Origin: a virus
Taxonomy: Duplodnaviria > Caudoviricetes
Reading direction: 5' to 3' (one strand)
DNA: 64,000 nt
Virus record (IMG/VR): IMGVR_UViG_3300031853_000009
Coordinates: 32,001-96,000 of that record
The first letter of the stretch is position 1. The number at the start of each line of letters is the position of its first letter. Below, piece by piece: positions 44,301 through 50,965 of this stretch. A program made the position numbers and the translations under genes. The notes beneath the pieces are model-generated. The model searched no databases and was not told the DNA's origin. It worked only from the letters and a program-made list of their open reading frames with translations.

Positions 44301-46077
44301 CTATTGCGCTAATATGTACAGACGCAGTAGTACCCGCGTTTTCTGGAACCGCAGTGCTGAGTTTATGGATGGCGTTGGCTATACCTTGAATATTAGGAAG
44401 ACTGACTTTATCAGCACCCTTGAGTTGAGTTACAAGAGTTTTGATGCTGGTGGTCAGAGAGAGCATCTTTTCATCGCTTAAGCTGCCCGCATCTTGTAAA
44501 GCCTGAAAATCCTTAATTCCTTTAGTGAGACCAGCGATATTGGGGAGTTTTATCTCTTGCTTAGGTAAATTTTCGGTGATAGCTGTTAAGGAAGAGCTAA
44601 TTATATTAGATACCTTTTTCGCACTGACCGCTGAAGTACTGAGAGAAAGCAGACCAGATGCAAACTTGGTAAGATCGGGAACATTGATGCTTGCGATCTC
44701 TCTTAGCTTATTAGGAATACTTCTGATATTGTGGTTAATGTTCTGGAGGTGTTGCTCATCCAGACGCATACTGCCAAGATCGTGTATGCCTTTTACAAAA
44801 GAACTTAGATTGGAAGGAACCTTTATTTGATCCCATGCTCCTTCACTCGCGCTGGTTTTAAGTTCAGCTACTCTAGCAGTAAGAGCCTGAATCTTTGTGT
44901 TCATACCAGAGAAAGAAGTCTTCCCTAGTATCTCAAACCCCCTAAAGAAATTACCGATGTTAGGAAGCTGTACTCCATGTAGTCCTTTTAAGGAATCTTT
45001 GAAAGTATTTACATTGTCGGCAACCCTCTGAAAGTCATACTCACCAGAACTCAATAGCCTTAGATTCTTAGTCAAAGAACCTAGCTGAGGCATTTTTAGT
45101 TGTGAAAGTTTACCAAACTCTTCTACAAGAGTAGTAGCTATATGGCGAAGATTTTCAGGCTTTAAGTTCTCATAGGTCTTGTCCACCATGCCGAGACCTT
45201 GCATGAGACCTTTTATATTAGGAACTTTAACAGTCCTGAGGTCCTCAAATGCTTCTTTAATCCCGGCGTTGATCTGCTTTATATTTTTCCAGTCAACAGA
45301 GTTATAGTCAAACTGACCTAATTCTTGTAAGGCTTTAGTAAACTTTGAGAAGTCAACAGGCTCTGAATGGGCGAGCAGAGAAGCAGCTAGTGTAATCTGA
45401 CGGACTCTATACAGAAAGGTATCGCTTTGCTTCAAGCCAATAAGGCTACGCATACCGTCTGCAAGGTTACTCAGAGGATTCTTACCTTCTCCAAAGTCTT
45501 TGATAGAGCGCAGAGCGTAACCTAATCTAGAGATAGCCTCAATAGAAGTAAGATTAGCTCCTAGATTAAGTTCAGATAGAGCAGCGCTTATACTTCTGAG
45601 GTTAGCAGTATTTACACTCTCCATTTTCTGAAGACCGCCAAGTAAATCATTAACTTGCCTAGCGGTCTCAGCGCCACTAAATTTAGATTGAGCCTCTCCC
45701 ATACGCTTCATAGCGTCGGCAAAGGCTGAAGTGTTCTGTATTAAAGAAGGATCAAGACCAGCTTTAAGCCTCTCTACAGCAGCAGCGAAATTATTTAACT
45801 TCTGGTCATTGAGTGAATCAAGGGCTTTGCTCACTTTGTCAAAGCCCGTGTCTTTAATGGCTGCGATGGCGGTTTTTACTTCGCCGAGTGCAGAAACGAG
45901 ATGAGAACTGGAGAAGGTGGTCTTACCAGTACCGCCACTTATAGCATCTATGGCGGTCTGTAGCTCTTTTACCTTAGTGGTAACTTTAGAAACATTCTCC
46001 GCAAGAGCCTTTAACTGTTTGATATGCTCCCCGGATACATCTATCTTAATAGATACTTTCTGAGTATTATCTGCCAT
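32329..46077 (-). CDS. Tape measure protein (4582 aa, TP901-like core)
   Basis: Follows tail chaperones; TTKFSAQEVA..AQAGF..AGT/IGTGLRN core; coiled coils; C-terminal FATGG motifs. Confidence 0.92.
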   Translation of the reverse strand: MADNTQKVSIKIDVSGEHIKQLKALAENVSKVTTKVKELQTAIDAISGGTGKTTFSSSHLVSALGEVKTAIAAIKDTGFDKVSKALDSLNDQKLNNFAAAVERLKAGLDPSLIQNTSAFADAMKRMGEAQSKFSGAETARQVNDLLGGLQKMESVNTANLRSISAALSELNLGANLTSIEAISRLGYALRSIKDFGEGKNPLSNLADGMRSLIGLKQSDTFLYRVRQITLAASLLAHSEPVDFSKFTKALQELGQFDYNSVDWKNIKQINAGIKEAFEDLRTVKVPNIKGLMQGLGMVDKTYENLKPENLRHIATTLVEEFGKLSQLKMPQLGSLTKNLRLLSSGEYDFQRVADNVNTFKDSLKGLHGVQLPNIGNFFRGFEILGKTSFSGMNTKIQALTARVAELKTSASEGAWDQIKVPSNLSSFVKGIHDLGSMRLDEQHLQNINHNIRSIPNKLREIASINVPDLTKFASGLLSLSTSAVSAKKVSNIISSSLTAITENLPKQEIKLPNIAGLTKGIKDFQALQDAGSLSDEKMLSLTTSIKTLVTQLKGADKVSLPNIQGIANAIHKLSTAVPENAGTTASVHISAIVDAVKKLDGVKTPDLTKISNAFKTLNESVLGGQSSIDTKQTTTKIQENIDELKRGLDKLRDLSDSSKGRIPNLKNIADAFKVLNDTTLKTEEVFRHGKMGIGSESVFRLQNNMDIIKQAIKDLQNLNVNAPKMPDLKSIVTAFKDLNSPLMKLEESWKLGKGGLQSESIYRFHNNMETIKKAISDLQALGGDNVPKIPSLKGVMAAFKELNETVLKGYSSLSEGGPKNVRHIYENIDAIKAIYTALQSVGTKEAPKIPSLKGVMAAFRELNDTSLKGKGTDDYGNQYSNILTNLNHLVTVITTLQSLGKKADGAMPSLSSVTTFFKTFNEKIRKEGFFDGKGNWTGQTITRVQQNAEYLKDALLKLSEVGKVNIPNLSSVTTAFKVFNESTLKGAFTDNYGNQYSNMLDNLAAIKHVIKELQALGGKDVNKIPNLSNITTAFKTFNDTALKGTFTDDFGSQHSNLLNNLATIKHIITELQSLGGKDVNRIPNLSNITTAFKTFNDTTLKGTFTDDFGNQYSNMLNNLAAVKHIITELQSLGGKDAPKIPNLSNVVKAFKTFNEDILKGYSEVDKKGKAKTVYNFDENIKKIKEAIEGLQKLNKVTDGVKPPSIPNLKNVTDAFKVLNDTFIKGSTVDDFGNVINPNWLNNLATIRHIITELQALGGKEMPGIPNLKNVSDAFRVLNESVLFGSSTWTKNKKSGKFVSNIDTNISELKKNIKKLQELNAEGAPKIPNLKGIAEAFKVLNENVLAGSNTWTKEKGKGEFISNITKNIDAVAEAVTKLQALGGKEVNKIPNLKNITDAFKTFNNEFLNVIRGGGVDDYGNAINRVTRIKENIKALYDVLTDPQFKWDSIKLPNVKNIADAFKTLNSEVLERVNIQGEGRVTRVAQNLRALKDAFATTDFSTIKIPNLKNVSDAFKTLNSIEKLETVPDAQGTPTRVKHYVDEIARAFQSANETLKDVKLPNIKNVADAFRILNNIEVKDDKNNNFVQNLNKVWEQLRAFKRDAELQDIKFPNLKNIAEAFRILDTIPKSDKVITGKFNDNFIAIKDALDQLKDFDKVRLPNVKNIADAFRIFNENTLREFSIISTKKTVFAVNENVKVIKDAITQLKETGVVKLPNLKNIADAFTILNKIPKDTDSTKVGERFKANIAAIASALSEHSEQLSKVRLPNLKNLADAYNSLNTFKPKDLDTLAFRNNIKEIKDALKSFNDLYALTNKGKPITLPNLDSLAKGFKTLNEISLQHGNREGSVHINNMRRNINAIITALQGFEGKNFDIPNIKNLGDGLKRLNDIATVNQQLPQNMETLKRGLEVINGFRAPQLKNFADGLHSLDSFSKKSTGELISPNLAKDLSDLATILSKFTGITLPSNLAGFAKGIEAINKVNIEHFSKKFLDLIKTMHTLNLNVPQTAIDALTAKLVVCEHAIRAVEGRLNNTTSVFARFGKSVQDVDAPLTKFQERVKTFLQYRVISNVFNQITNWIQSIPENIKEFEKAMYNVQSITGATDMTIAKLGVTVKEIASTTKFSAQEVADGMTMIAQAGFTAGQSMQMMQSISDLATGTLTDMRTVVDLVTSAMVVFGIESNNSARVSDVFANAVNKSKLTMDKIRTAFNYIGPVARDANISFEESAVAMMLLANSGQKASTIGTGLRNVLSTILSPSKKLAEAAATVGVSLTDLDPRVNSFRDVLSNLGVVVRDSQVALDVFGKRGATAVLSLTNGIKDYDRLYSSVTRVGSAAEMAAKQQEGLYVRWKNLTDRAQLLAVTLGENGLTAILSGFVNVLSGAINFINSLNESIPGKFAIRLIALVAAVGSLTVAFKALWAMRAIGGVMFSPLTAAVSYLVTLFPTFTKRISGLKQNFSDLKYTTTATAKDFEALRRSYVQAPQFIKPVNTGLTHTAMSLKQVSQVVPGVTRLEMALRTLGSVVGTLSIALLPLLALTAFDLLTVTVEKLEHNLQKVSEQLDKINNQSKSVTDALDKITKLQAGTEEYANAIKEVFAAIRDNGGAVLGAETEFQALVAAINETNDAFTDGGAALDAYRQKLREIAVVQAVQELSTAGKLFRKSTKTGGWMGGPLTTEAKEKYATKVVLDDFTGEWDYADLTYSQLKQLLSDISIGEVSVSKMYGSMEEYTKARDRFATITQGAEKYINNMLSLGKISLHTPIEQVMKLAEANRELKTEELQAIEEQFKSLQEANMSKAFSGVLAHDLQEAIKNVNIKGEGVVSIFDELGGGDDQAFNTLKDRISKISVNTKALREQIEETAVAIESATKNSKSGKVTISQEDKKAAVEAFAGFIKLNQALITLREEYNNKLKDAESIEDEKERSKKIAELTQQYRMLNSMLEKVNEEFLKQRNTTIGIAALMRGIGVVQSANRAIERVRTREKEGAKASDSAYEAASEDVKNRYNANRINWNEYNAEIDRLAKDNSKKKVQIEIGAEADVSKLREDTAERLKEVVRSAIPISTRMEEITKEEKENKKRRDTILQSELNRIQIQEDAYKQSEGRIGLAFKEARAKEQEAHVRYMAARLADILRYEKEIKDSYRADNEETKKALEKIQEMKKSIVEEGYRAQHELDQKNAKAAFFLAKEQGDAIANQEKKANEQRKHRQEKALHEVTALESKGVVSHEKAELKKAEISVKYHDEIIKSRKEQIAALKQLDEAQNIQQIVRLEEEIEKSTYDAVKAARQGIEAQTKAVYEAEKKLKELQGESFKFNPLGDFNANQQAAITAEYEKEVEKRKKLIAEGFDLENDTVFSSTSKVAEEVRKHYDKVDSIAIKSAEKRETLEQTMLKKKEEYEKKKLDIIKKYDAKALALEDERQDTMDTIEAKGNSKKLQKKKTQRAEKRIKKASGSIAAAVEEGDKQELEALFNQLQSATSTLMGSEKPGKYKGDIQKAFDLRKQILEAQKQIELKEEEEKFQRELKQDKRRLEVLKSSAEQALLAENGRHELAMSHLEKEAEKIREQIELAKELMSVYNEQISKGEVLKAQEKTVPAGQREAGLPTNENGTWQGAVNSARQGDDSVKKSAQEVLKEYGLDKEQYDAMLKELEATFKGTQKAGEQSATNINSAYKNTIEELKKELTSFSQDMEDKLKQLGSKDGTANAIASALQTTLSDAIRILKNSLDTIEVDVEVAPERVEEIGKEVTELVASFNKLKADVTVQADTTRATAGLTQIIQKIKEIPNKIRVDVVVQETNVATESSTQQKAAGGLILSKYPRLQSRFINKGSGTKDDVPALLMKNEFVHRAAAVKKYGVDFMYKLNNLQIPASITKMFANGGIVGSTVGFVQKYANGGLIRSTKRKLEELFAGSDINLNVNNLDVSTKLEQAANEFTSPIGLQAIGMMAKNIEAGISHFVTGGTPQNAALNAQQAQAIADEYSKSIARAQATGNTTIARALRDERNQITVLSEELQQNLAELHRQYTEEVSRLNSEHNRRLQEKRTEYDKSVREENAEYDEKVYADEKKYTKEDEEYETSKKERKESYDTSIKEIKDNLEEERLSYEADLLSKQQTLTEKEAALQDFRNQLHSDKYPVGLAGHENASIEELITAHAEYAKQKYGSDKRYIIDLGGLVKTADILSESAGDKVQSYATRLEKMTASERSAIEALVSTYMKGLDSSYSESDVNYRAEKESDYYNRAIDEYLESVKKSHGRTAYLDTIERLTGGYQELPPEQNVPYVNYLFQHLYSDYTIPLEQARNEYLKAKDEDNPDTKATKEIKKLTEEFNAANQKAEEERKEVLIERKKAIDERETSHKEKLAELKQDYDNFVQQENAEYDKSTSELKEANQESIAQANVQHSDRLRLLKNNTAQVVSSAKEAMAASINAARKSKAEAIATASVPQTQSTRELDKLSLSSLEEIIKRMRSVFKFATGGLVPFTRGAKANTDSVLSLLSPNEFVMSAKAVRTFGVNFMQSLNNLRVPAFATGGMVGASTPIQESAIDKIMNKTVYALDLTLNNTHIGELTGEKDTIDSFMFAMDRARMGMI
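42651..43172 (-). repeat. Three 174-bp (58-aa) near-tandem units inside TMP repeat array
   Basis: GATTAGGAATC anchors at 42651, 42825 and 42999; IPNLSNITTAFKTFND..KGTFTDDFG.. unit. Confidence 0.85.
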
Positions 46078-46081
46078 ACTT

Positions 46082-46366
46082 TCACCTTAAAGAACTCATT
46101 CTTAATGCTAATCGCTTCCAGTTATCCAAAATTTCTTTTGGATCATCTGCTTCCTTCTTCGGTGAAGATAGTCTTTTATACCTACCCTGTAGCAGCTTTA
46201 TATGCTCAGCATATCCTTTAGCACTGTGGTGATTACCTAACCATGCAATGCTATAGCTTTCTAAAGACCTTCTCTCCTCCTGTCTTAATGATGCCTTAAG
46301 GAAAAACCCTATCTCTCCTAAAGCCATCTGTTGAATGCTTGACCACGAATGTCCATTATGGATCAT
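46082..46366 (-). CDS. Tail assembly chaperone, frameshift extension (gpGT-like part)
   Basis: In frame with -1 slip at A AAA AAC (46438-46432). Confidence 0.8.
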   Translation of the reverse strand: MIHNGHSWSSIQQMALGEIGFFLKASLRQEERRSLESYSIAWLGNHHSAKGYAEHIKLLQGRYKRLSSPKKEADDPKEILDNWKRLALRMSSLR

Positions 46367-46383
46367 CAGCTGAAAAGCGTCTT

Positions 46384-46797
46384 CTACTCCGATTCGGCTT
46401 GTTGAGTCAGCATTGCGGTCAAGCGATTGAAGTTTTTTTCCAAATCCGCCTTAGACGCGAGATTAACTTCAATCACGTTTCCAATAATATCTACGATGAT
46501 CTCAATCGGAAGAGCCTTCAAATCATCTTCGTGGATATTTGAGGCTTCAGACAAAATGTTAATAAAATCTGTCACAATAATCCGAGCAAGAGCCAAAGTC
46601 TTCATTGGAGAGCGATAATTCTCTAGAGTAATATCTTGCTCTTTGCACTTCGCAATAATAAGATCAGCTTTAGACAAAAGCTCTGCCCACTGTACATAAG
46701 TAAGAGGACGAATCGTAACCAGTGTCCCTCCGATGTCCATCGTAGTAGTCCTATACAGCTTACTGAAATCAATGCCTAGTCTAGTTTTCTCTTTCAT
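46384..46797 (-). CDS. Tail assembly chaperone (gpG-like)
   Basis: Position upstream of TMP; slippery heptamer near 3' end. Confidence 0.8.
   Translation of the reverse strand: MKEKTRLGIDFSKLYRTTTMDIGGTLVTIRPLTYVQWAELLSKADLIIAKCKEQDITLENYRSPMKTLALARIIVTDFINILSEASNIHEDDLKALPIEIIVDIIGNVIEVNLASKADLEKNFNRLTAMLTQQAESE
46432..46438 (-). other. Programmed -1 ribosomal frameshift site
   Basis: GAA AAA AAC; -1 frame reads KLQSLDRNADSTSRIGVEDAFQL into MIHNGH with no stop. Confidence 0.8.
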
Positions 46798-46844
46798 AAC
46801 TGTCTCCAGATGAATAATTAAAACAATAACTTAAACAAGTGAAA

Positions 46845-46872
46845 ATGATAAACACGAAGAAATAAGTGTCAA
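46845..46872 (-). promoter_or_regulatory. Promoter for chaperone/TMP operon
   Basis: TTGACA-16bp-TATCAT. Confidence 0.6.
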
Positions 46873-46902
46873 GCGGAGCAAAATAAAGCATAGCGCGACT
46901 AT

Positions 46903-46946
46903 GATGTGATAGTTTGACACTTAAATATGAGTCAAACTATCACATC
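46903..46946. promoter_or_regulatory. 16-bp perfect inverted repeat between divergent promoters
   Basis: GATGTGATAGTTTGAC-12bp-GTCAAACTATCACATC. Confidence 0.7.
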
Positions 46947-46998
46947 GAGATACACTAAGCGCGATTTAATATGAAAATTTGCGCTTTAATGTACATTC

Positions 46999-47027
46999 TT
47001 GACAGAAACAAAAAGCCTTAGTATAAT
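46999..47027 (+). promoter_or_regulatory. Consensus sigma70 promoter
   Basis: TTGACA-17bp-TATAAT. Confidence 0.8.
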
Positions 47028-47078
47028 ATCTTTTTTAGAATAGTTTGTGATCCTTTGAGCTAACAGGAGGAATATCTT

Positions 47079-47627
47079 ATGATGCGAAAAGTTAAGCCTT
47101 ACGGCTTAAATAAAACTGAGCTAGGGAAGATTCTCAAAGAAAAGATGCCCGAATACAACTTCGTGTATGAAAGGGCAGTACCCGGAGCGAGCCTAATCGG
47201 AGCAAGACCTGACTATCGCTGTGACATCCTTTCTTTAATTATAGAGATGCACGGATTTCATCACTACTGTAGTCCGCAGCAGATTTACGGAGACGACAAA
47301 AAGGAGAAGGACTGGCACATCGCTCTGGGTTATAGGATTGTGCGCATTCCTTATTTCGTACAGATGTGCGATGGTCTAATCAGTATGGTAACAAAAGGAC
47401 ACGTTAAAGCATACAGGCAAAAGTGGCTGCACGGATTTATAGGAGATAAGGTACTGCTTCCAGCCAATTTCTGCGAGAGAGGAGTACAGAGATTCAAGCA
47501 AGACTTGGAGATTTACTCTTTTGCTAAAGAGGAGATTATCCAGTCCTTGAAAGAGAAAGTAAACAAGAAAGGACACATTTCCCTCGTACTGCCTCCTTCT
47601 TTGTATTATCTATTAGACGAAAAGTGA
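47079..47627 (+). CDS. PD-(D/E)XK / DUF559-Vsr-like nuclease
   Basis: RPDY..LIIEMHGFHHY..D..K..LGYRIVRIPYF; RBS AGGAGG. Confidence 0.7.
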   Translation: MMRKVKPYGLNKTELGKILKEKMPEYNFVYERAVPGASLIGARPDYRCDILSLIIEMHGFHHYCSPQQIYGDDKKEKDWHIALGYRIVRIPYFVQMCDGLISMVTKGHVKAYRQKWLHGFIGDKVLLPANFCERGVQRFKQDLEIYSFAKEEIIQSLKEKVNKKGHISLVLPPSLYYLLDEK

Positions 47628-47630
47628 CAT

Positions 47631-47667
47631 AAAAAGCCCCAGAAAAAAGTTGTCTTTCTTCTGGGGC
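47631..47667 (-). terminator. Intrinsic terminator (U-tract on minus strand)
   Basis: AAAAA-GCCCCAGAA...TTCTGGGGC. Confidence 0.65.
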
Positions 47668-47801
47668 CTGAGTCCTATGGAGATTCCTACTGAAAAGCCC
47701 TACGGGCAAAACCTACGGAGGTCTATGCTATGTTTGAATATCAAGATAAGCAGTGAAGCCGTCCTGTCAATATAATCACAACGTTTACTAAAGAGCTGAG
47801 T

Positions 47802-48494
47802 ATGAACAACATAATATCGTTTTCTGGAGGAAAGGACTCTACAGCGATGCTGCATCTTATGCTGGAGCGAGGCGAACAAATAGAAGCAGTACTATACTGC
47901 GATATGGGAGATTGGGAATTTCCAGAAATGCAAGAGCATATTGATTTGGTGCAAGAAAGAACAGGACTGCATATTATTCATGTTTATCCACCTGACTTGA
48001 CCCACCGCGCCTTCTTTTACGAGTACGAGAATGCCTATAATAAGAAAGGATGGGGATGGCCCAGCCCTACCCAACGTTGGTGTACCGCATATAAAAGGGA
48101 TGCGCTAGAAAAAGAAGCAAAACAACATACTGGTGTCTCTTGTATAGGTATTGCCGCAGATGAAATAAGACGTAAAAAACACCCAGATAAAAGATACCCT
48201 CTTATTGAATACGGCTATACTGAAGAAATGTGTTTACAGTACTGTAAAAAGCTAGGATACACATGGGGTGGTCTCTACGAATGGAGCAAACGTGTATCTT
48301 GTTGGTGCTGTCCTCTACAGAGCTTAAACAGTCTAAGAGGCTTACGCAAAAATAAACCAGAACTATGGCGAAAACTCATCGATATGGATAGTCTGGCAGA
48401 AGGACACCCACATCGATATAAAGATGTGGGTGTAATCGCATTAGACGCAAGATTCTCTTTAGAAGAACTACGAGAAGAGTCCAATGCTCAATAA
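47802..48494 (+). CDS. PAPS-reductase family (PP-loop) protein
   Basis: ISFSGGKDSTAM PP-loop, RWCT, GIAADE, YPL, RVSCWCCP. Confidence 0.85.
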   Translation: MNNIISFSGGKDSTAMLHLMLERGEQIEAVLYCDMGDWEFPEMQEHIDLVQERTGLHIIHVYPPDLTHRAFFYEYENAYNKKGWGWPSPTQRWCTAYKRDALEKEAKQHTGVSCIGIAADEIRRKKHPDKRYPLIEYGYTEEMCLQYCKKLGYTWGGLYEWSKRVSCWCCPLQSLNSLRGLRKNKPELWRKLIDMDSLAEGHPHRYKDVGVIALDARFSLEELREESNAQ

Positions 48495-48524
48495 AAACCC
48501 GGATGGAGATGCCTCCATCCGGGT
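48493..48524 (-). terminator. Terminator after major tail gene (possibly bidirectional)
   Basis: AAAAACCCGGATGGAG-ATGC-CTCCATCCGGGT. Confidence 0.75.
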
Positions 48525-48551
48525 GTAAGAAACAACTTATTATGAAAAGGC

Positions 48552-49370
48552 TTATTCCATAGTAATATCAATATACGGAGAACCCACGTCAGCGGGGTCG
48601 GTGGATTTCAAGCATTCAGCGCTAAAGCTCAAAGTACTCCAGTCGTCCCCAATGAACGCCGTATCGCCCGATGGAGTGAGAGATACATTCTTAGCGAGAA
48701 AAGTGCACTGAGTACCAGTCGGATTATCGCTAACAAAACGGAGCCTACCCAGTATTTGAGTCTCAGTGAACAACTGAATCTTCTTCATAGTAGAAGCTGC
48801 GCAGTCATATACAACAGTGAAATCCTCAGTGCCACTAAGAGCAGCAGCTACAGCGGTAGAAGTGTCCACAATGGTAATTTGACCTGCCTTAGCATCTTCA
48901 ACAGACATGATCCAGTCAACACCTTCTGTTAAAAGTGTACCAGTGCTACCACCAATATATACCTTAGGACGCTTAGGACTTGTGCCCGTAGTTTCATAAA
49001 CAACATGATGCTTAGACAAGAAGAGCTTTTCATTCTTCTTGACCTGATCGACAGTAATGGTATCTTCTACGTCAGTCCCTGCTGACTGAGCCAAATCCAC
49101 AACCTTAGCAAGACCAAGAATACCGAAATTCTCGGCGGTAATCTCATCAAGCGTAAAGCTGCAAGACGGAGTAAGTTGCGAAATAATTTCTTTGTCCTTC
49201 ACACGAAGACCACCTCGACTAGAAAAGTGCTCCAGCTTTTCAATGTTTACAGTGAAGCTAAACGAAGGAGCATTACCCAGGTCACGCCAACCAGAATAAG
49301 TTCCAGTATCAGGGTTGTAGCGGTCAAAATACAGAATACCTTTTCCAAGTGTATAATTTTCAGCACCCAT
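48552..49370 (-). CDS. Major tail protein
   Basis: NYTLGKGILYF..RDLGNAP..EKLEHFSSRGG..DNPTG..LTPSGD..IGDDW. Confidence 0.85.
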   Translation of the reverse strand: MGAENYTLGKGILYFDRYNPDTGTYSGWRDLGNAPSFSFTVNIEKLEHFSSRGGLRVKDKEIISQLTPSCSFTLDEITAENFGILGLAKVVDLAQSAGTDVEDTITVDQVKKNEKLFLSKHHVVYETTGTSPKRPKVYIGGSTGTLLTEGVDWIMSVEDAKAGQITIVDTSTAVAAALSGTEDFTVVYDCAASTMKKIQLFTETQILGRLRFVSDNPTGTQCTFLAKNVSLTPSGDTAFIGDDWSTLSFSAECLKSTDPADVGSPYIDITME

Positions 49371-49391
49371 AATCTATCTCCTGAGTAAGGG

Positions 49392-49844
49392 TTAATAAGT
49401 ACCGTTGTCTTCATAAATTAGCCCAATCATCAATTTGATCCCCTCGATATAAGCTACCCTAAATGAATAAGGCCCATCTATACCCAATTCTTTGAAGTAC
49501 GTCGTCCTATCAGGTTTGCCATTATCTAGGAATAAAGGATAGGGCTTATCTAACACAATATCACGCATTAAGCATACAGACTTAATCAAGTCTATATTGG
49601 TGTTCTTTCTATTTATAATCAGCTCAGCTGTTATAGTGAAAGAACGCATCATCGGAATGCCTCTAGCATTATGAGTACTCTCCTTTAATATGACATCTGT
49701 CCCGCTAGTTAAGATTAAAGCGGGCATATCGGCATCATAAATCTCTGTATTAGGATTTAACTTTAGAGTTTCGATGTTAAGGTCTTCGCTATATTCGCGA
49801 AACCTGTTAATTAAAACATCTAGAGCTTGTACTCGTTTTTTCAT
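49392..49844 (-). CDS. Putative tail terminator
   Basis: Synteny and size. Confidence 0.55.
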   Translation of the reverse strand: MKKRVQALDVLINRFREYSEDLNIETLKLNPNTEIYDADMPALILTSGTDVILKESTHNARGIPMMRSFTITAELIINRKNTNIDLIKSVCLMRDIVLDKPYPLFLDNGKPDRTTYFKELGIDGPYSFRVAYIEGIKLMIGLIYEDNGTY

Positions 49845-49846
49845 AA

Positions 49847-50539
49847 TTAACCGTTCCTGAGAGCAGGTGCTGCTCCACCGTTAATAGGAGCCGTGTGATT
49901 TTTACTTATAATACTAAACACATCATTGATAACAGAAGTAATCAACGGAGAGTATGAAATATAGTGTTTACCGCCAGCGCTATAATCTCCGAAATCTGCA
50001 TTCTTGCTATACCGCCCAGCCTCTTGCATAGCTCTAGCAATCGGACCGCCTACAGTAATACTATGTCCGGGATTTAACCCTCCTGCCCAAACTCTGGTTC
50101 CGGTTTCTTGATGAAAATCGTTTATATTAGGGTCTTCAACTAGCGTAGTTCTACGGCTTGTTCTTCTCGTCCTATGCTTCCCATCACTTCTAAGACCGTT
50201 TCTAATTATACCTCTTGCACTAGAGCGAGGCCAAGGCCAGTAGCCCGGCTTACTACCATACTCTAAAAAATGAGCATACGGTCTTTCATTTGTAATGCTA
50301 ACAATTTGACCAGTGCCACTATTTATTATTTCTCCACGCCAAAGTGTATAAGCATGAACATAACCAGCATCGTCTTTATCGCTAACAGGAGTATATCTAC
50401 GAGTTAAAGGCAAAAGTACTTGTCTCAGCCACCACTGTATGGAATCAGGCAAAGCTGTGCGTCGCTTATTAACACCTTGCTTAAGGAAGTTAGCATAAGA
50501 AGCTATATCTACAGCTGTAGTACTAAAGTCAATCAACAT
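49847..50539 (-). CDS. Neck / tail-completion protein (HK97 gp10-like)
   Basis: TPV..NERPYAHFLEYG motif. Confidence 0.65.
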   Translation of the reverse strand: MLIDFSTTAVDIASYANFLKQGVNKRRTALPDSIQWWLRQVLLPLTRRYTPVSDKDDAGYVHAYTLWRGEIINSGTGQIVSITNERPYAHFLEYGSKPGYWPWPRSSARGIIRNGLRSDGKHRTRRTSRRTTLVEDPNINDFHQETGTRVWAGGLNPGHSITVGGPIARAMQEAGRYSKNADFGDYSAGGKHYISYSPLITSVINDVFSIISKNHTAPINGGAAPALRNG

Positions 50540-50541
50540 AA

Positions 50542-50907
50542 TTAGCCTACCTTCCGAAGTAAGAATATATAAAGGGCGTCAGCCGCAAGAATTTCTTGTT
50601 CGGCTACTTCATACATTTTATCTTCTACTTCGATTCGATCCCCATTTTGAATCTCAAAGTCTATATCTACGCCTCTAACATATCCTAAACGATCATTTGG
50701 CTGTATATCCTTAAAACGAAGAATATCTATATTCTCGTGATTAGTCTCTATAATAATCATGCTAAAAGTTCTAGGGTCTTGGGTATCCTCATCTAAAAGA
50801 TTCTGTGTAAAAGGATGCCAAGTGGCTTCAACGATTAAATCCTTGAAAACCTTGAATATCGTTACTGGAATATTCCTAAAAAGTTTTTTAATTCCTCTAT
50901 TAGCCAT
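50542..50907 (-). CDS. Putative head-closure protein
   Basis: Synteny; IQNGDRIEVEDKMYEV. Confidence 0.55.
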   Translation of the reverse strand: MANRGIKKLFRNIPVTIFKVFKDLIVEATWHPFTQNLLDEDTQDPRTFSMIIIETNHENIDILRFKDIQPNDRLGYVRGVDIDFEIQNGDRIEVEDKMYEVAEQEILAADALYIFLLRKVG

Positions 50908-50965
50908 AGCCTTTTAGCATATCAGTCAAAAGTATTAAGAACTAAAGGTGTCAAGACTGAATACA

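Noticed and set aside
32450-44830. Many plus-strand ORFs antisense to the tape measure gene
   Set aside because: L/S/F-rich shadows of coiled-coil codons, with no RBS or motifs
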